A stretch of DNA of 64,000 nt, taken from NCBI RefSeq assembly GCF_048771995.1, contig NC_133041.1, positions 4,727,324-4,791,323 of the forward strand. Direction: 5' to 3'. The notes beneath the pieces were generated by a model. It saw nothing but the letters and a program-made list of their open reading frames with translations, was not told the DNA's origin and searched no databases. Position 1 is the first letter of the stretch; every line of letters begins with the position of its first letter. Position numbers and translations under genes: made by a program. Source of the DNA: Taeniopygia guttata. Taxonomy: Eukaryota. Shown piece after piece: positions 45,550-57,938 of this stretch.

Positions 45550-48312
45550 GTACTGGTTATACTGGTTTATACTGGTTTGTACTGGGAGGGACTGGGAGGG
45601 ACTGGGTTTTAGTCATTTTACCTTTTTTTTGCATTTTTTACTGGTTTTGACTGGTTTTAACTGGTTTAAAACTAGTTTATAACTGGTTTTATACTGGTTT
45701 ATACTGGTTTTATACTGGTTTATACTGGTTTATACTGGTTTATACTGGTTTATACCAGTTAGGACTGGTTAGGATTGGTTTATAGTGGTTTTATTGGTTT
45801 TTAATATTTTTTACCTTTTTTTGTGGTTTTTACTGGTTTTGACTGGTTTAAAACTGGTTTATAACTGGGTTTATACTGGTTTTATACTGGTTTATACTGG
45901 TTTGTACTGGTTTATAGTGGTTTATACTGGTTAGGACTGGTTAGGACCAGTTAGGATTGGTTTTTACTGGTTTTACTGGTTTATAATATTTTTTACCATT
46001 TTTTGTGGTTTTTACTGGTTTTTATTGGTTTTGACTGGTTTAAAACTGGTTTATACCTGGTTTTATACTGGTTTATACTGGTTTATACTGGTTTATACTG
46101 GGAGGGACTGGGTTGTACCGGTTTTACTGGGTTTTAGTCATTCTTACCTTTTTTTTTGCATTTTTTACTGTTTTTTACTGGTTTTTATTGGTTTTGACTG
46201 GTTTAAAACTGGTTTAAAACTGGTTTTATACTGGTTTATACTGGTTTGTACTGGTTTATACTGGTTTATACCGGTTAGGACCGGTTACGATTGGTTTATA
46301 CCGGTTTTACTGGGTTTTAGTAATTTTTTTTGCATTTTTTACTGGTTTTTACGGTTTTGACTGGTTTTAACTGGTTTAAAACTGGTTTATACTGGGTTTA
46401 TACTGGTCTGTACTGGTTTATACCAGTTAGGACTGGTTAGGATTGGTTTATACTGGTTTTACTGGTTTTTAATATTTTTTATCTTTTTTTTTGTGGTTTT
46501 TACTGGTTTTGACTGGTTTAAAACTGGTTTATAACTGGGTTTATACTGGTTTATACTGGTTTGTAGTGGTTTTACTGGGTTTTAGTAATCTTTACTTTTT
46601 TTTTCATTTTTTACTGGTTTTTACTGGTTTTGACTGGTTTAAAACTGCTTTATAACTGGTTTTATACTGGTTTTTACTGGTTTATACTGGTTTATACTGG
46701 TTTATACTGGTTAGGACTGGGAGGGACTGGTTTGTACTGGTTTTACTGGTTTTTAGTCATTTTTGCCTTTTTTTTTTCATTTTTTACTAGTTTTTACTGG
46801 TTTTTACTGGTTTTGACTGGTTTAAAACTGGTTTATAACTGGGTTTATACTGGTTTGTACTGGTTTATACTGGTTTATACTGGGAAGGAGCCCCGCCCCC
46901 GCCGCCATCTTGGATTGACCTTTTTGAAACTTTTCCCTCCAAATTTTGGCCTTTTTTCCCCAAAATTTCGGGATTTTCCCCCAAATTTGGAGCTCCCAGT
47001 CCCAAACTGGGAATTTCCTAATTCCAAACTGGGAATGTCCCAGTTCCAAACTGGGAATGTCCCAATTCCAAACTGGGAAGATCCCAATTAGCCTCAGTCC
47101 TTTGCCGCCATCTTGGATTGACCTTTTTGATCTTTTCCTCCAAATTTTGACTTTTTTTTCCCCCAAATTTTGGTTTTTTGTCCCAAATTTTGAGGTTCCA
47201 GTTCCAAACCGGGAATTTCCCAATTCCAAACTGGGAATGTCCCAATTCCGAACTGGGAAGGTCCCAATTAGCACCAGTCCTCTGCCGCCATCTTGGATTG
47301 ACCTTTTTGACCTCTTTTCCCTCCAAATTTTGACCTTTTTTCCCCAAAATTTTGGTTTTTCGTCCCAAATTTTGAGGTTCCGGTTCCAAACTGGGAATGC
47401 CCCAGTCCCAAACTGGGAATTTCCCAGTTCCTAACTGGGAAGGTCCCAATTAGCCTCAGTCCTCCGCCGCCATCTTGGATTGACCTTTTTGACCTCTTCC
47501 CTCCAAATTTTGACCTTTTTTTTCCCAAAATTTGGGGTTTTTTCCCCAAAATTTTACCCCCACGCCCCACCCCAGTCCCTCCCAGTTTGGAACCGGTCTG
47601 ATCCCAGTCTGGAACTGGGAATGTTCCAGTTGGGCCCACCCTTCCACCATCTTGGATTGACCTTTTCGAGCTCTTCCCTCCAAATTTCAACATTTTTCCT
47701 CCGTAATTTCCCATTTTTTCACCAAAATTTTGACTTTTTGCCCCCAAATTTTTCCCCCACGCCCCACCCCAGTCCCTCCCAGTTTGAACCGGTCTGATCC
47801 CAGTTTGGAACTGGGAATGTTCCATTTGGCCCCGCCCCTTCCGCCATCTTGGATTGACCTTTTCGAGCTTTTCCCTCCAAATTTCGACTTTTTTTTCCCC
47901 AAAATTTCAGGATTTTCCCCCAAATTCAGAGCTCCCAGTCCCAAACTGGGAATTACCCAGTCCCAAACTGGGAATTTCCCAGTTCCAAACTGGGAAGGTC
48001 CCAGTTAGCCCCAGTCCTCCGCCGCCATCTTGGATTGACATTTTTGAGCTCGTCCCTCCAAATTTCAACCTTTTTTTCCCAAAATTTGGGGCTTTTCCCC
48101 CAAAATTTTTCCCCCACGCCCCACCCCAGTCCCTCCCACTTTGGAACCAGTCTGATCCCAGTTTGGAACTGGGAATGTCCCAGTTGACCCCACCCCTGCC
48201 GCCATCTTGGATTGACCTTTTCGAGTTTTCCCTCCAAACTTCAACATTTTTCCTCCGTAATTTCCCATTTTTTTACCAAAATTTCGCCTTTTTCCCCCAA
48301 ATTCTTCCCCAG

Positions 48313-48466
48313 GCTCGCGGCTGGGCGCCATGCTGGACATGCTGACGGACCGGCTGAGCTCCATGTGCCTCCTGCTGAACCTGGCGCTGCTCTACCCGCG
48401 TTGGGCGCCGCTCTTCCAGCTCAGCTCCGCCCTGGACCTGGCCAGCCATTGGCTGCACACGCACTG
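48313..48466 (+). CDS. CDIPT: CDIPT exon 3; encodes (G)SRLGAMLDMLTDRLSSMCLLLNLALLYPRWAPLFQLSSALDLASHWLHTH(C)
   Basis: Acceptor cttccccag, donor GTgggc at 48467. Matches human TRFGAMLDMLTDRCSTMCLLVNLALLYPGATLFFQISMSLDVASHWLHLHS. Confidence 0.88.
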
Positions 48467-50456
48467 GTGGGCGGGGCTTGGCGGGGCGGGGCCGGGGCAT
48501 GGTCGCCTGGGGGAGAAATGGGGAAAAAAACGGGAAAAAACGGGAAAATTAGGCAAAAAATGGGGGAAATATGGGGGGAAATGGGTGTTTGGGGGCGTGG
48601 TTTGAGTGGGAGGGGGCGTGGCTTATGTGGGTGGGGCTGGGCGTGGTCACCGGGGGGAGAAATGGGGAAAAAATGGGAAAAAACGGGAAAATTGGGGCAA
48701 AAAATGGGGGAAATATGGGAAAAAATGGGACTTTGGGGGCGTGGTTTGAGTGGGAGGGGGCGTGGCTTAGGTGGGTGGGGCTGGGCGTGGTCGCCGGGGG
48801 GAGAAATGGGGAAAAAACGGGAAAATTGAGGCCAAAAATTGAGGAAATATGAGGGGAAATGAAGTTTTGGGGGCGTGGTTAGAGTGGGAGGGGGCGGGGC
48901 TTGGCGGGGCGGGGCCGGGGCGTGGTCACCGGGGGGAGAAATGGGGAAAAAACGGGAAAAAAAGGGAAAAAAATGGGAAAATTGGGGCAAAAAATGGGGG
49001 AAATATGGAGGGAAATGAGGGTTTGGGGGCGTGGTTTGAGTGGGAGGGGGCGTGGCTTAGGTGGGTGGGGCTGGGCGTGGTCGCCGGGGGGAGAAATGGG
49101 GAAAAAACGGGAAAAAACGGGAAAATTGAGGCCAAAAATTGAGGAAATATGAGGGGAAATGGAGTTTTGGGGGCGTGGTTAGAGTGGGAGGGGGCGGGGC
49201 TTGGCGGGGCGGGGCCGGGGCGTGGTCACCGGGGGGAGAAATGGGGAAAAAACGGGAAAATTGGGGCAAAAATGGAGGAAATATGGGGGGAAATTGCGGT
49301 TTGGGGGCGTGGTTTGACTGTGGCAATGTGGGCGTGGCCACTGTGATATATATGCTAATGAGGGGCCTCACTCCATATATGATGATGTGGGCGTGGTCTT
49401 TGATCCATATATGCTAATTAGGGGTCCTCACTCCAAATATGGCTATGTGGGCGTGCCCTCTGATGAATATATGCTAATGAGGGTTACTCATTGCATATAT
49501 GGCAATGTGGGCGTGGTCTTTGTGCCATATATGCTAATGAGGGTCACTCTACATATGGCAATGTGGGCGTGGCCCTTGCGCTATATATGCTAATTAGATG
49601 TATGCCATATAGGGTGATGTGGGCGTGGTCTTTGTACCATATATGCTAATGAGGGGTCGTTACTCTATATATGGTGATGTGGGTGTGGTCACTGATCAAT
49701 ATATGCTAATGAGGGGTCCTCACTGCATATATGGCCATGTGGGCGTGGCCTTTGGTCTATATATGCTAATGAGGTTTACTCACTGCATATATGGCAATGT
49801 GGGCGTGGTCTTTGCCCCAAACATGCTAATGAGGGTTACTCACTGCATATATGGTGACGTGGGCGTGGTCTTTGTGCCATATATGCTAATGAGGGTCACT
49901 CAGTGCATATATGTTGATGTGGGCGTGGTCTTTGCACCATATATGCTAATGAGGGCTCCTCATTCCATATATGGCAATGTGGGCGTGGTCTTTGCACCAT
50001 ATATGCTAATGAGCATATATTTAGGCATGGCCACTGATCAATATATGCTAATGAGGGTTACTCCATATATGGCGATGTGGGTGTGGTCTTTGCTCCATAT
50101 ATGCTAATTAGGGGCCCTCACGCTATATATGGTGATGTGGGCGTGGTCTTTGCACCATATATGCTAATGAGGGACCCTCACTCCATATATGGCAATGTGG
50201 GCGTGGTCTTTGTCCCAAATATGCTAATGAGGGTCACTGCATGTATGGAAATGTGGGCGTGGTCTTTGCTTTATATATGCTAATGAGGGCTCCTCACTCC
50301 ATTTATGATGATAATATATGCTAATGAGGGCTCCTCACTCCATATATGGTGATGTGGGCGTAGTCTTTGCGCCATATATGCAAATGAGGGTTTCTATATA
50401 TGTCGATGTGGGCGTGTCCCGCCTGACCACGCCCCCTCTGGCCCCTCCCCCTTTAG

Positions 50457-50538
50457 CTCCGCCCTCCAGGGGGCGGCGTCGCACAAGGCCGTGGGGGGGG
50501 AGGGGCACCCCCTGCTGAGGCGCTACTACCAGTGCCGG
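50457..50538 (+). CDS. CDIPT: CDIPT exon 4; encodes (C)SALQGAASHKAVGGEGHPLLRRYYQCR
   Basis: Acceptor cccctttag, donor gtgaga at 50539. The length and the SHK...P-LR-YY-SR pattern match human SVVRGSESHKMIDLSGNPVLRIYYTSR. The alternative acceptor at 50469 breaks the reading frame. Confidence 0.75.
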
Positions 50539-51450
50539 GTGAGACTGGGAACTGGTTTGTACTGGGAGGGACTGGGGGGGACTGGGAGGGACTGGGAATG
50601 AACTGGGACAAACTGGGATGGCATTGGAACAAACTGGGAGGGACTGGGAGGGAACTGGGAGGGACTGGGACAAACTGGGATGGACTGGGAGGGACTGGGA
50701 AGGACTGGGAGGGAACTGGGAGGGACTGGGGGGGGCTGGGAGGGACTGGGAGGGACTGGGGGGGACTGGGAGGGACTGGGGGGGACTGGGAGGGACTGGG
50801 AGGGAACTGGGAGGGACTGGGAGGGAACTGGGAGGGACTGGGAGGGACTGGGAGGGAACTGGGAATGAACTGGGACAAACTGGGATGGCATTGGAACAAA
50901 CTGGGAGGGACTGGGAGGGACTGGGGGGTCCTGGGATAAACTGGGAGGGAACTGGGATGGGACTGGGACAAACTGGGAGGGAACTGGGGTGAACTGGGCC
51001 GGTACTGGGACGTACTCGGATGAACTGGGAGGGACTGGGAGGGAACTGGGAGGAACTGGGAGGGAACTGGGATGGACTGGGAGGAACTGGGAGGGAACTG
51101 GGAGGAACTGGAAGGGAACTGGGACATACTGGGATGAACTGGGCTGTACTGGGATGAACTGGGATGAACTGGGAAGGGTTTTGAAGGAACTGGGAGGAAA
51201 CTGGGACGTACTGGGATGAACTGGGCTGGTACTGGGATGTACTGGGACGAACTGGGAGGGAACTGGGATGGGACAGGGAGGTAACTGGAACGAACTGGGA
51301 CAAACTGGGAGCACTGGGACCATACTGGGACTATACTGGGAGCACTGGGGCCATACTGGGACCATACTGGGAACAACCCAGTGCCAAACTGGGAAGGGGG
51401 CGTGTCTCTCCCCCATTAACCCCGCCCCTTTTCCGTGGCCCCGCCCCCAG

Positions 51451-51532
51451 CCCCTCCTCTTCGCGCTCTGCGCAGCCAATGAGGGATTCCACTGCTGCCT
51501 CTACCTGCTGCACTGGGGGGAGGGGCCCGCAG
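51451..51532 (+). CDS. CDIPT: CDIPT exon 5; encodes PLLFALCAANEGFHCCLYLLHWGEGPA(V)
   Basis: Acceptor ccgcccccag, donor gtgagt. Matches human PALFTLCAGNELFYCLLYLFHFSEGPL. Confidence 0.88.
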
Positions 51533-54330
51533 GTGAGTCCCACTGGTTTGGACTGGTTTATACTGGTTTGTACTGGTTTGTACTGGTTTGTACTGGTTTG
51601 TACCCGTTTTACTGGGTTTTACTGGTTTTCGGTCATTTTTACCATTTTTTTGCATTTTTTACTGGTTTTGACTGGTTTTGACTGGTTTTAACTGGTTTAA
51701 AACTGGTTTAAAACCTGTTTATTACTGGTTTGTACTGGTTTGTACTGGTTTATACTGGTCTGTACTGGTCTGTACTGGTTTGTACCCGTTTTACTGGGTT
51801 TTACTGGTTTTCGGTCATTTTTACTGTTTTTTTCCATTTTTTTACTGGTTTTGACTGGTTTTGACTGGTTTTAACTGGTTTAAGACTGCTTTATAACTCA
51901 TTTTATACTGGTTTATACTGGTTTGTACTGGTTTGTACTGGTTTGGACCCGTTTTATTGGGTTTTACTGGTTTTCGGTCATTTTTACCCTTTTTTTCCAT
52001 TTTTTACTGGTTTTTACTGGTTTTGACTGGTTTAAACTGCTTTATAACTCATTTTATACTGGTTTATACTGGTTTTTACTGGCCCGGACTGGTTTGTACC
52101 CGTTTTACTGGGTTTTACTGGGTTTTAGTAATTTTTATGGGTTTTTTTGCATTTTTACTGGTTTTTAGTTGTTTTTACTGGTTTTAACTGGTTTAGAACT
52201 GCTTTATAACTGGTTTTATACTGGTTTATACTGGTTTGTACTGGTTTGTACTGGTTTGTACCCGTTTCACTGGGTTTTACTGGTTTTACGTCATTTTTAT
52301 GTGTTTTTTTGCATTTTTATTGGTTTTTACTGGTTTTGACTGGTTTTAACTGGTTTAAAACTGGTTTTATAACTGTTTTATACTGGTTTATACTGGTCCA
52401 TACTGGTTTGTACTGGTTTGTACCCGTTTTATTGGGTTTTACTGGGTTTTAGTAATTTTTATGGGGTTTTTTGCATTTTTACTGGTTTTTACTGATTTTT
52501 AGTGGTTTTTACTGGTTTTGACTGGCTTTAACTGGTTTAAAACTGGTTTATAACTGGTTTATAGTGGTTTATACTGGTTTGTACTGGTTTGTACCCGTTT
52601 TATTGGGTTTTACTGGTTTTTAGTCATTTTTATGGGTTTTTTTGCATTTTTACTGTTTTTTACTGATTTTTAGTTGTTTTTACTGGTTTTAACTGGTTTA
52701 AAACTGGTTTATAACTGGTTTATAACTGGTTTATAACTGGTCTGTACTGGTTTGTACTGGTTTGTACCCGTTTTACTGGGTTTTACTGGTTTTCAGTCAT
52801 TTTTATGTTTTTTTTTTGCATTTTTACTGGTTTTAAACTGGTTTTATCTGTATTTTTTACTGGTTTAAACCATTTTTTCCTGTTTTTTTCTGGATTTTTT
52901 TGTCCATACTGGTCCGTACTGGTCCATACTGGTCTGAACCGGTTCTAACCAGTTTGCACTGCTTCTATCTAGACTTTATTGTGGTTTTAACCATTTCAAA
53001 CTGGTTTTTATCCGGTTTTTAACGGGATTTTTGCTGGTTTAAACCATTTTTTCCTATTTTTTTCCGGATTGTTTTGGTTCATACTGGTCTGTACTGGTCC
53101 GTACTGGTCCGTACTGGTCTGAACCGGTTCTAACCAGTTTGTACTGCTTCTGACTGGTTTTTATTCTGGTTTTAACCGGTTTCAAACTGGTTTTTATCCG
53201 TTTTTTAACCGGATTTTTGCTGGTTTAAGCCGTTTTTTTCCGGATTTTTTGGTTCATACTGGTCCGTACTGGTCTGTACTGGTCCGAACCGGTTCTAACC
53301 AGTTTGTACTACTTCTGACTGGCTTTTAGTGTGGTTATAACCAGTTTCAAACTGGTTTTTAACCGGATTTTTGCTGGTTTAAGCCATTTTTTCTCTGTTT
53401 TTTTCCGTATTTTTTGGTTCATACTGGTTCATACTGGTCCGTACTGGTCTGTACTGGTCCGTACTGGTTCTAACTGGTTTGTACTGGTTCTATCTAGACT
53501 TTATTGTGGTTTTCACCCGTTTCAAACTGGTTTTTAACCGGATTTTTGCTGGTTTAAGCCGTTTTTTTCTCGTTTTTTCCTGGATTTTTTGGTCCGTACT
53601 GGTCCGTACTGGTCCGTACTGGTCCGAACCGTTTCTAACCAGTTTGTACTACTTCTGACTGGCTTTTAGTGTGGTTTAAACCAGTTTCAAACCGGTTCCA
53701 ACTGGTTTTAAACTGGTTTTATCTGGATTTTTTCTGGTTTAAGCTGTTTTTTTCTGGATTTTTATGTTCGTACTGGTCCGTACTGGTCCATACTGGTCTG
53801 AACCAGTTCTAACCAGTTTGTACTACTTCTGACTGGCTTTTAGTGTGGTTTTAGCCGGTTTCAAACTGGTTTTTAACCGGATTTTTGCTGGTTTAAGTCG
53901 TTTTTTTCTGGTTTTTTCCGGATTTTTTGGTTCATACTGGTCTGTACTGGTCCGTACTGGTCCGAACCAGTTTGTACTGCTTCTGACTGGTTTTTATTCT
54001 GGTTTTAACTGGTTTCAAACTGATTTTTATCCGGTTTTTAACCGGATTTTTGCTGGTTTAAGCCATTTTTTTCCGGATTTTTTGGTTCATACTGGTCCGT
54101 ACTGGTCCGTACTGGTCGGAACCGGTTCTCACCAGTTTGTACTGATTCTATCTAGACTTTATTGTGGTTTTAACCCGTTTCAAACTGGTTTTTAACCGGA
54201 TTTTTGCTGGTTTAAGCCGTTTTTTTCTCGTTTTTTCCCGGATTTTTTGGTCCGTACTGGTCCGTACTGGTCCGTACTGGTCCGTACTGGTCGGAACCGG
54301 TTCTGACCGGTTTCTCCTCTCCCCCCGCAG

Positions 54331-54485
54331 TGTTCCCGGGGGGTCCGGGGCTGTTCCGGTTGGTTCTGTGGCTCTCGGCCCCCCTGGCCGCCCTCAAATC
54401 CTTCCTGAACCTTCTGCAGCTGGGCGGGGCCCTGAGGGGCGTGGCCGCCCTGGACGCGGCCGAAAGGGCCCAAAAATCCTCCTGA
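54331..54485 (+). CDS. CDIPT: CDIPT terminal coding exon; encodes (V)FPGGPGLFRLVLWLSAPLAALKSFLNLLQLGGALRGVAALDAAERAQKSS*
   Basis: Acceptor ccccccgcag. TGA stop at 54483-54485. An AATAAA lies at 54658-54663. Matches human VGSVGLFRMGLWVTAPIALLKSLISVIHLITAARNMAALDAADRAKKK. Confidence 0.88.
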
Positions 54486-55663
54486 GCCCCTCCCCCACCC
54501 CCGCCCCTCCCCCACCGACCCCCCACCCCCACCAGGAACGGGGGAGGGGCAAAAATCCCCCCCCAAAACCCCCCAAAAATCCCCTCCCCCCACCCATGGG
54601 TGGGGTTTGGGGGCGTGGTCGTGTCAGGCCCCGCCCACTTTGGCACCGCCCACCGTGAATAAAGAGGATTTGGCCCCGCCCCCATCCCAAAGTGTGTGGA
54701 GTTTGTGGGGGGAGGGGCGGGTCCGCGGAAAATCCCGAAATTCCGACGGAAAATTCCAAAAATCGCACCGGAAAACCCCAAAATTCCGACAGAAAATCCC
54801 AAAATTCCGACAGAAAACCCCAAAATCCCAAATTCTTACAAAAACCCCAAAATTACAACAGAAATCCCAGATTCCAACCAAAATCCCAAAATTCCAAGGG
54901 AAAATCCCCAAATTCCAACAGAAAACCCAAAAATTCCGATGGAAAACCCCAAAATTCCAATCGAAAACCCCAAAATTCCACCTCAAAATTCCACCCCAAA
55001 AAATCCCAAATTCCAACAGAAAACCCCAAAATTCCGATGGAAAACCTCAAAATTTCAAGAGAAAATCCCCAAATTCCGCAAAAATCCCAAAATTCCGACG
55101 GAACTCCAAAATTGCACCGGAAAATACCAAAATTCCAACGGAAAATCCCAAAATTCCACCCCAAAATTCCACCCCAAAAAATCCCACAAATTCCAACAGA
55201 AAACCCCAAAATTCCACCCCAAAATCCCACATATTCCATCCCAAAACCCCAAAATTCCAACCAAAAAAGCCTCAAATTCCCGGAGTTTTTGGGGGTGAAA
55301 TTCCCAATTTTTTGGGCCAAGAATTCCCAGATTTTTTGCAGTAAAATCCCAAATTTTTTTGCATTCCCGGATTTTTTGCCATAAATTCCTGAATTTTTGG
55401 GGGAGAATTCCCGGATTTTTGTGGTAAATTCCCAAATTTTTGCTGTGATTTTCTGGATTTTTGGGGTGAAATCCCAGATATTTTTGCAGTAAAATCCCTT
55501 TTTTCCCCCCGTTTATTCCCCGGTTTTTTGCAATAAAATCCCGTATTTTTTGCAGTAAAATCCCAAATGTTTTTCCGTTTATTCCCGGATTTTTTGCCGT
55601 TCATTCCTGTATTTTTTGCCGTGAATTCCCGTATTTTTGGGGCGAATTCCCGGGATTTTGGGC

Positions 55664-55768
55664 TCACTCGCCCTCCTTGTCCTCGCCGTGGGTGATGACG
55701 TAACAAATGTTCTTGTAGTCGACGTTCCCGGCCACGTCCGGCGGGAAGGCGGCCCACATGTTCTTGAT
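55664..55768 (-). CDS. MYLPF: MYLPF (fast skeletal myosin regulatory light chain 2) terminal coding exon; encodes [34 protein letters not shown]
   Basis: Minus acceptor ttccag. The TGA stop is the reverse complement of plus 55664-55666. Minus-strand AATAAA signals (plus tttatt) sit at about 55578-55583 and 55512-55517. Identical to the chicken MLC2f C-terminus as I remember it. Confidence 0.92.
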   Translation of the reverse strand: MKNMWAAFPPDVAGNVDYKNICYVITHGEDKEGE

Positions 55769-56963
55769 CTGGAATTTCGGGAATTTCGGAAATTTTGGGA
55801 ATTTTGGGAGGAAATTCAGGGATTTTTAGGGATTTTTGGGGATTTTTGGGGGATTTTTTGGGGGATTTTTTAGGAATCTTGGGAGGATTTCTTTTAATTT
55901 TGGGGGGATTCTTGGGGCAAATTCACGCATTTGGGAGGATTTTTGGGGAATTTTGGGATTTTTGGGAAAATTTGGGAATTTTTGGGAGAAACTCCGAGAT
56001 TTTTGAGGGGTTTTTTGGAATTTTGGGGGATTTTTTTTTTTTGCAGATTTTGGAGAATTTGGGGAAATTTTGGGAATTCTTGGGGCGAGTTTGTGAATTT
56101 GGGAGGAATTTTGGGGAATTTTGGGATTTTTTGGGAAAATTTGGGAAAATTTGGGGTAATTCAGGGGTTTTTGAGGGATTTTTGGGACTTTTGGGGGATT
56201 TTTTTTTTATTTTTTGGGAATATTTTGGGGATTTTTTTTCTTTTTTATTTTGAAATTTTGGGAATTCTTGGGGCGAGTTTGTGAATTCGGGAGGATTTTT
56301 GGGATTTTTTGGGAAAATTTGGGGTAATTCAGGGGTTTTTGAGGGATTTTTGGGGAATTATGGGGGGATTTTTGGGATTTTGGGTTGATTTTGGGGTTTA
56401 TTAGTTGGAGGTATTTGGGGTGTATTTTGGGGCCGATTTTGGGGTTTTTTTGGGCCGATTTTGGGTTTTTTTGGGCCGATTTTGGGGTTTTTTGGTGGGA
56501 GTTTTTTGGGGGTTTTGGGGGGTCAAATTTGGGTGGTTTTAGGTGGATTTTGGGGCTGATTTGGGGGTTTTTTTTGGGCCGATTTTGGGTTTTTTTGGGT
56601 GAATTTTGGGGCCGATTTTGGGGATTTTTTGGGTGAATTTTGGGGCCAATTTTGGGGTTGTTTGGGCCGATTTTGGGGTTTTTTGATTGGAGTTTTTTGG
56701 GGTATTTTGGGGCCGATTTTGGGTATTTTTGGGTGAATTTTGTGGCCAATTTTTGGGGGTTTTTAGGTGGATTTTGTGGTCAATTTTGGGGCTTTTTAGG
56801 GTGGATTTTGGGGCGGATTTTGGGGATTTTGGGGCTGATTTTGGGGTTTTTTGGGCTGATTTTGGGGGTTTTTAGGTTGGAGTTTTTTGGGGTATTTTGG
56901 GCCGATTTTGGGGTTTTTTTGGGCTGATTTTGGGGTGGATTTTGGGGATTTTGGGGCTCTCAC

Positions 56964-57012
56964 CTCCTCGGGGGTGAAGCGGTCGCACTGCGTCGTCAGC
57001 AGCTCCTCCAGG
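56964..57012 (-). CDS. MYLPF: MYLPF exon 6; encodes (F)LEELLTTQCDRFTPEE
   Basis: Minus acceptor ccccccag, donor gtgaga. Phase is consistent with the flanking exons. Confidence 0.9.
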
Positions 57013-57859
57013 CTGGGGGGGGGAGGGGTCACCCCAAAATCTGCCCCTCCCCCACCCAAAATCCGCCCCCCCCCAATAAATTCCCTCCCCCACCCCCCAA
57101 AATCTGCCCCTCCCCCACCCCAATATTTTGGGGCAAATTTCAGGGATTTTGGGATATTTTGGGCAATATTTTGGGGTAAATTTTTGGAATTTATGGGAAT
57201 ATTTTGGGGTAAATTTCAGGGATTGTGGGGAAGATTTTGGGGAAGATTTTGGGAATATTTTGGGGTAAATTTTTGGAATTTTTGGGTAAAATTCAGGGAT
57301 TTTGGGGACAATATTGGGGAATATTTTCAGGCAATATTTTGGGGTAAATTTTTGGAATGTTGAGGAATATTTTGGGGTAAATTTCAGGGATTTTGGGGAA
57401 GATTTTGGGCAATATTTTGGGCAATATTGTGGTGTAAATTTTAGGGATTTTTGGGCAATATTTTGGTGTAAATTTTTGGAATTTTGGGGAATAATTTGGG
57501 GTAAATTCAGGGATTTTGGGGACAATATTGGGGAATATTTTCAGGCAATATTTTGGTGTAAATTTCAGGGATTTCGAGGAATATTTTGGGGTGAAATCCA
57601 GGGATTTTTGGGCAATATTTTGGGGTAAATTTTTGGAATTTTGGGGAATATTTTGGTGTAAATTTCAGGGATTTCAGGCAATATTTTGGGGTGAATTTCA
57701 GGAATTTTTGGGCAATATTTTGGGGTGAATTTCAGTGATTTCGGGCAATATTTTGGTGTAAATTTCAGGTATTTCGGGCAATATTTCTGGGATATTTCGG
57801 GGACTATTTTGGGGTGAATTTGGGATATTTGGGGTGCCCCCCGCCCCTCCCCCACTCAC

Positions 57860-57938
57860 AAACTCTTCTTGATCGATCCTTTCCCGTCCGGGTCCAGAAC
57901 CTTAAAGGCGCCCATGATGACGTCCTCGGGGTCCGCCC
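57860..57938 (-). CDS. MYLPF: MYLPF exon 5; encodes (G)ADPEDVIMGAFKVLDPDGKGSIKKS(F)
   Basis: Minus acceptor cattag, donor gtgagt. This is an EF-hand region of MLC2. Confidence 0.9.

Larger units (their letters stand above)
43230..54320. repeat. CDIPT introns are filled with satellites: gcactggtttatactgggaggggtttgggg (43230-43860); a higher-order repeat of about 175 bp (43860-45410); a higher-order repeat of about 250 bp of ctggttt units (45600-46900); a roughly 180-bp repeat of 8 copies carrying the YY1 consensus GCCGCCATCTTGGATTGACC (46900-48300); a higher-order repeat of about 290 bp with GGGCGTGG boxes (48480-49320); a 60-bp repeat of about 18 copies containing ATGCTAATGAG (49320-50420); actgggaggg satellite (50540-51440); and ctggttt-based higher-order repeats of about 190 and 250 bp (51540-54320)
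   Basis: Direct periodicity throughout. The exons at 45415, 48313, 50457 and 51451 interrupt the arrays. Confidence 0.85.

Noticed and set aside
50335-51479. Three overlapping minus-strand ORFs (322, 307 and 317 aa) rich in PSxSQ repeats over CDIPT intron 4
   Set aside because: Satellite translation (cccagtccctccc orientation), overlapping genuine CDIPT exons that lie on the opposite strand.
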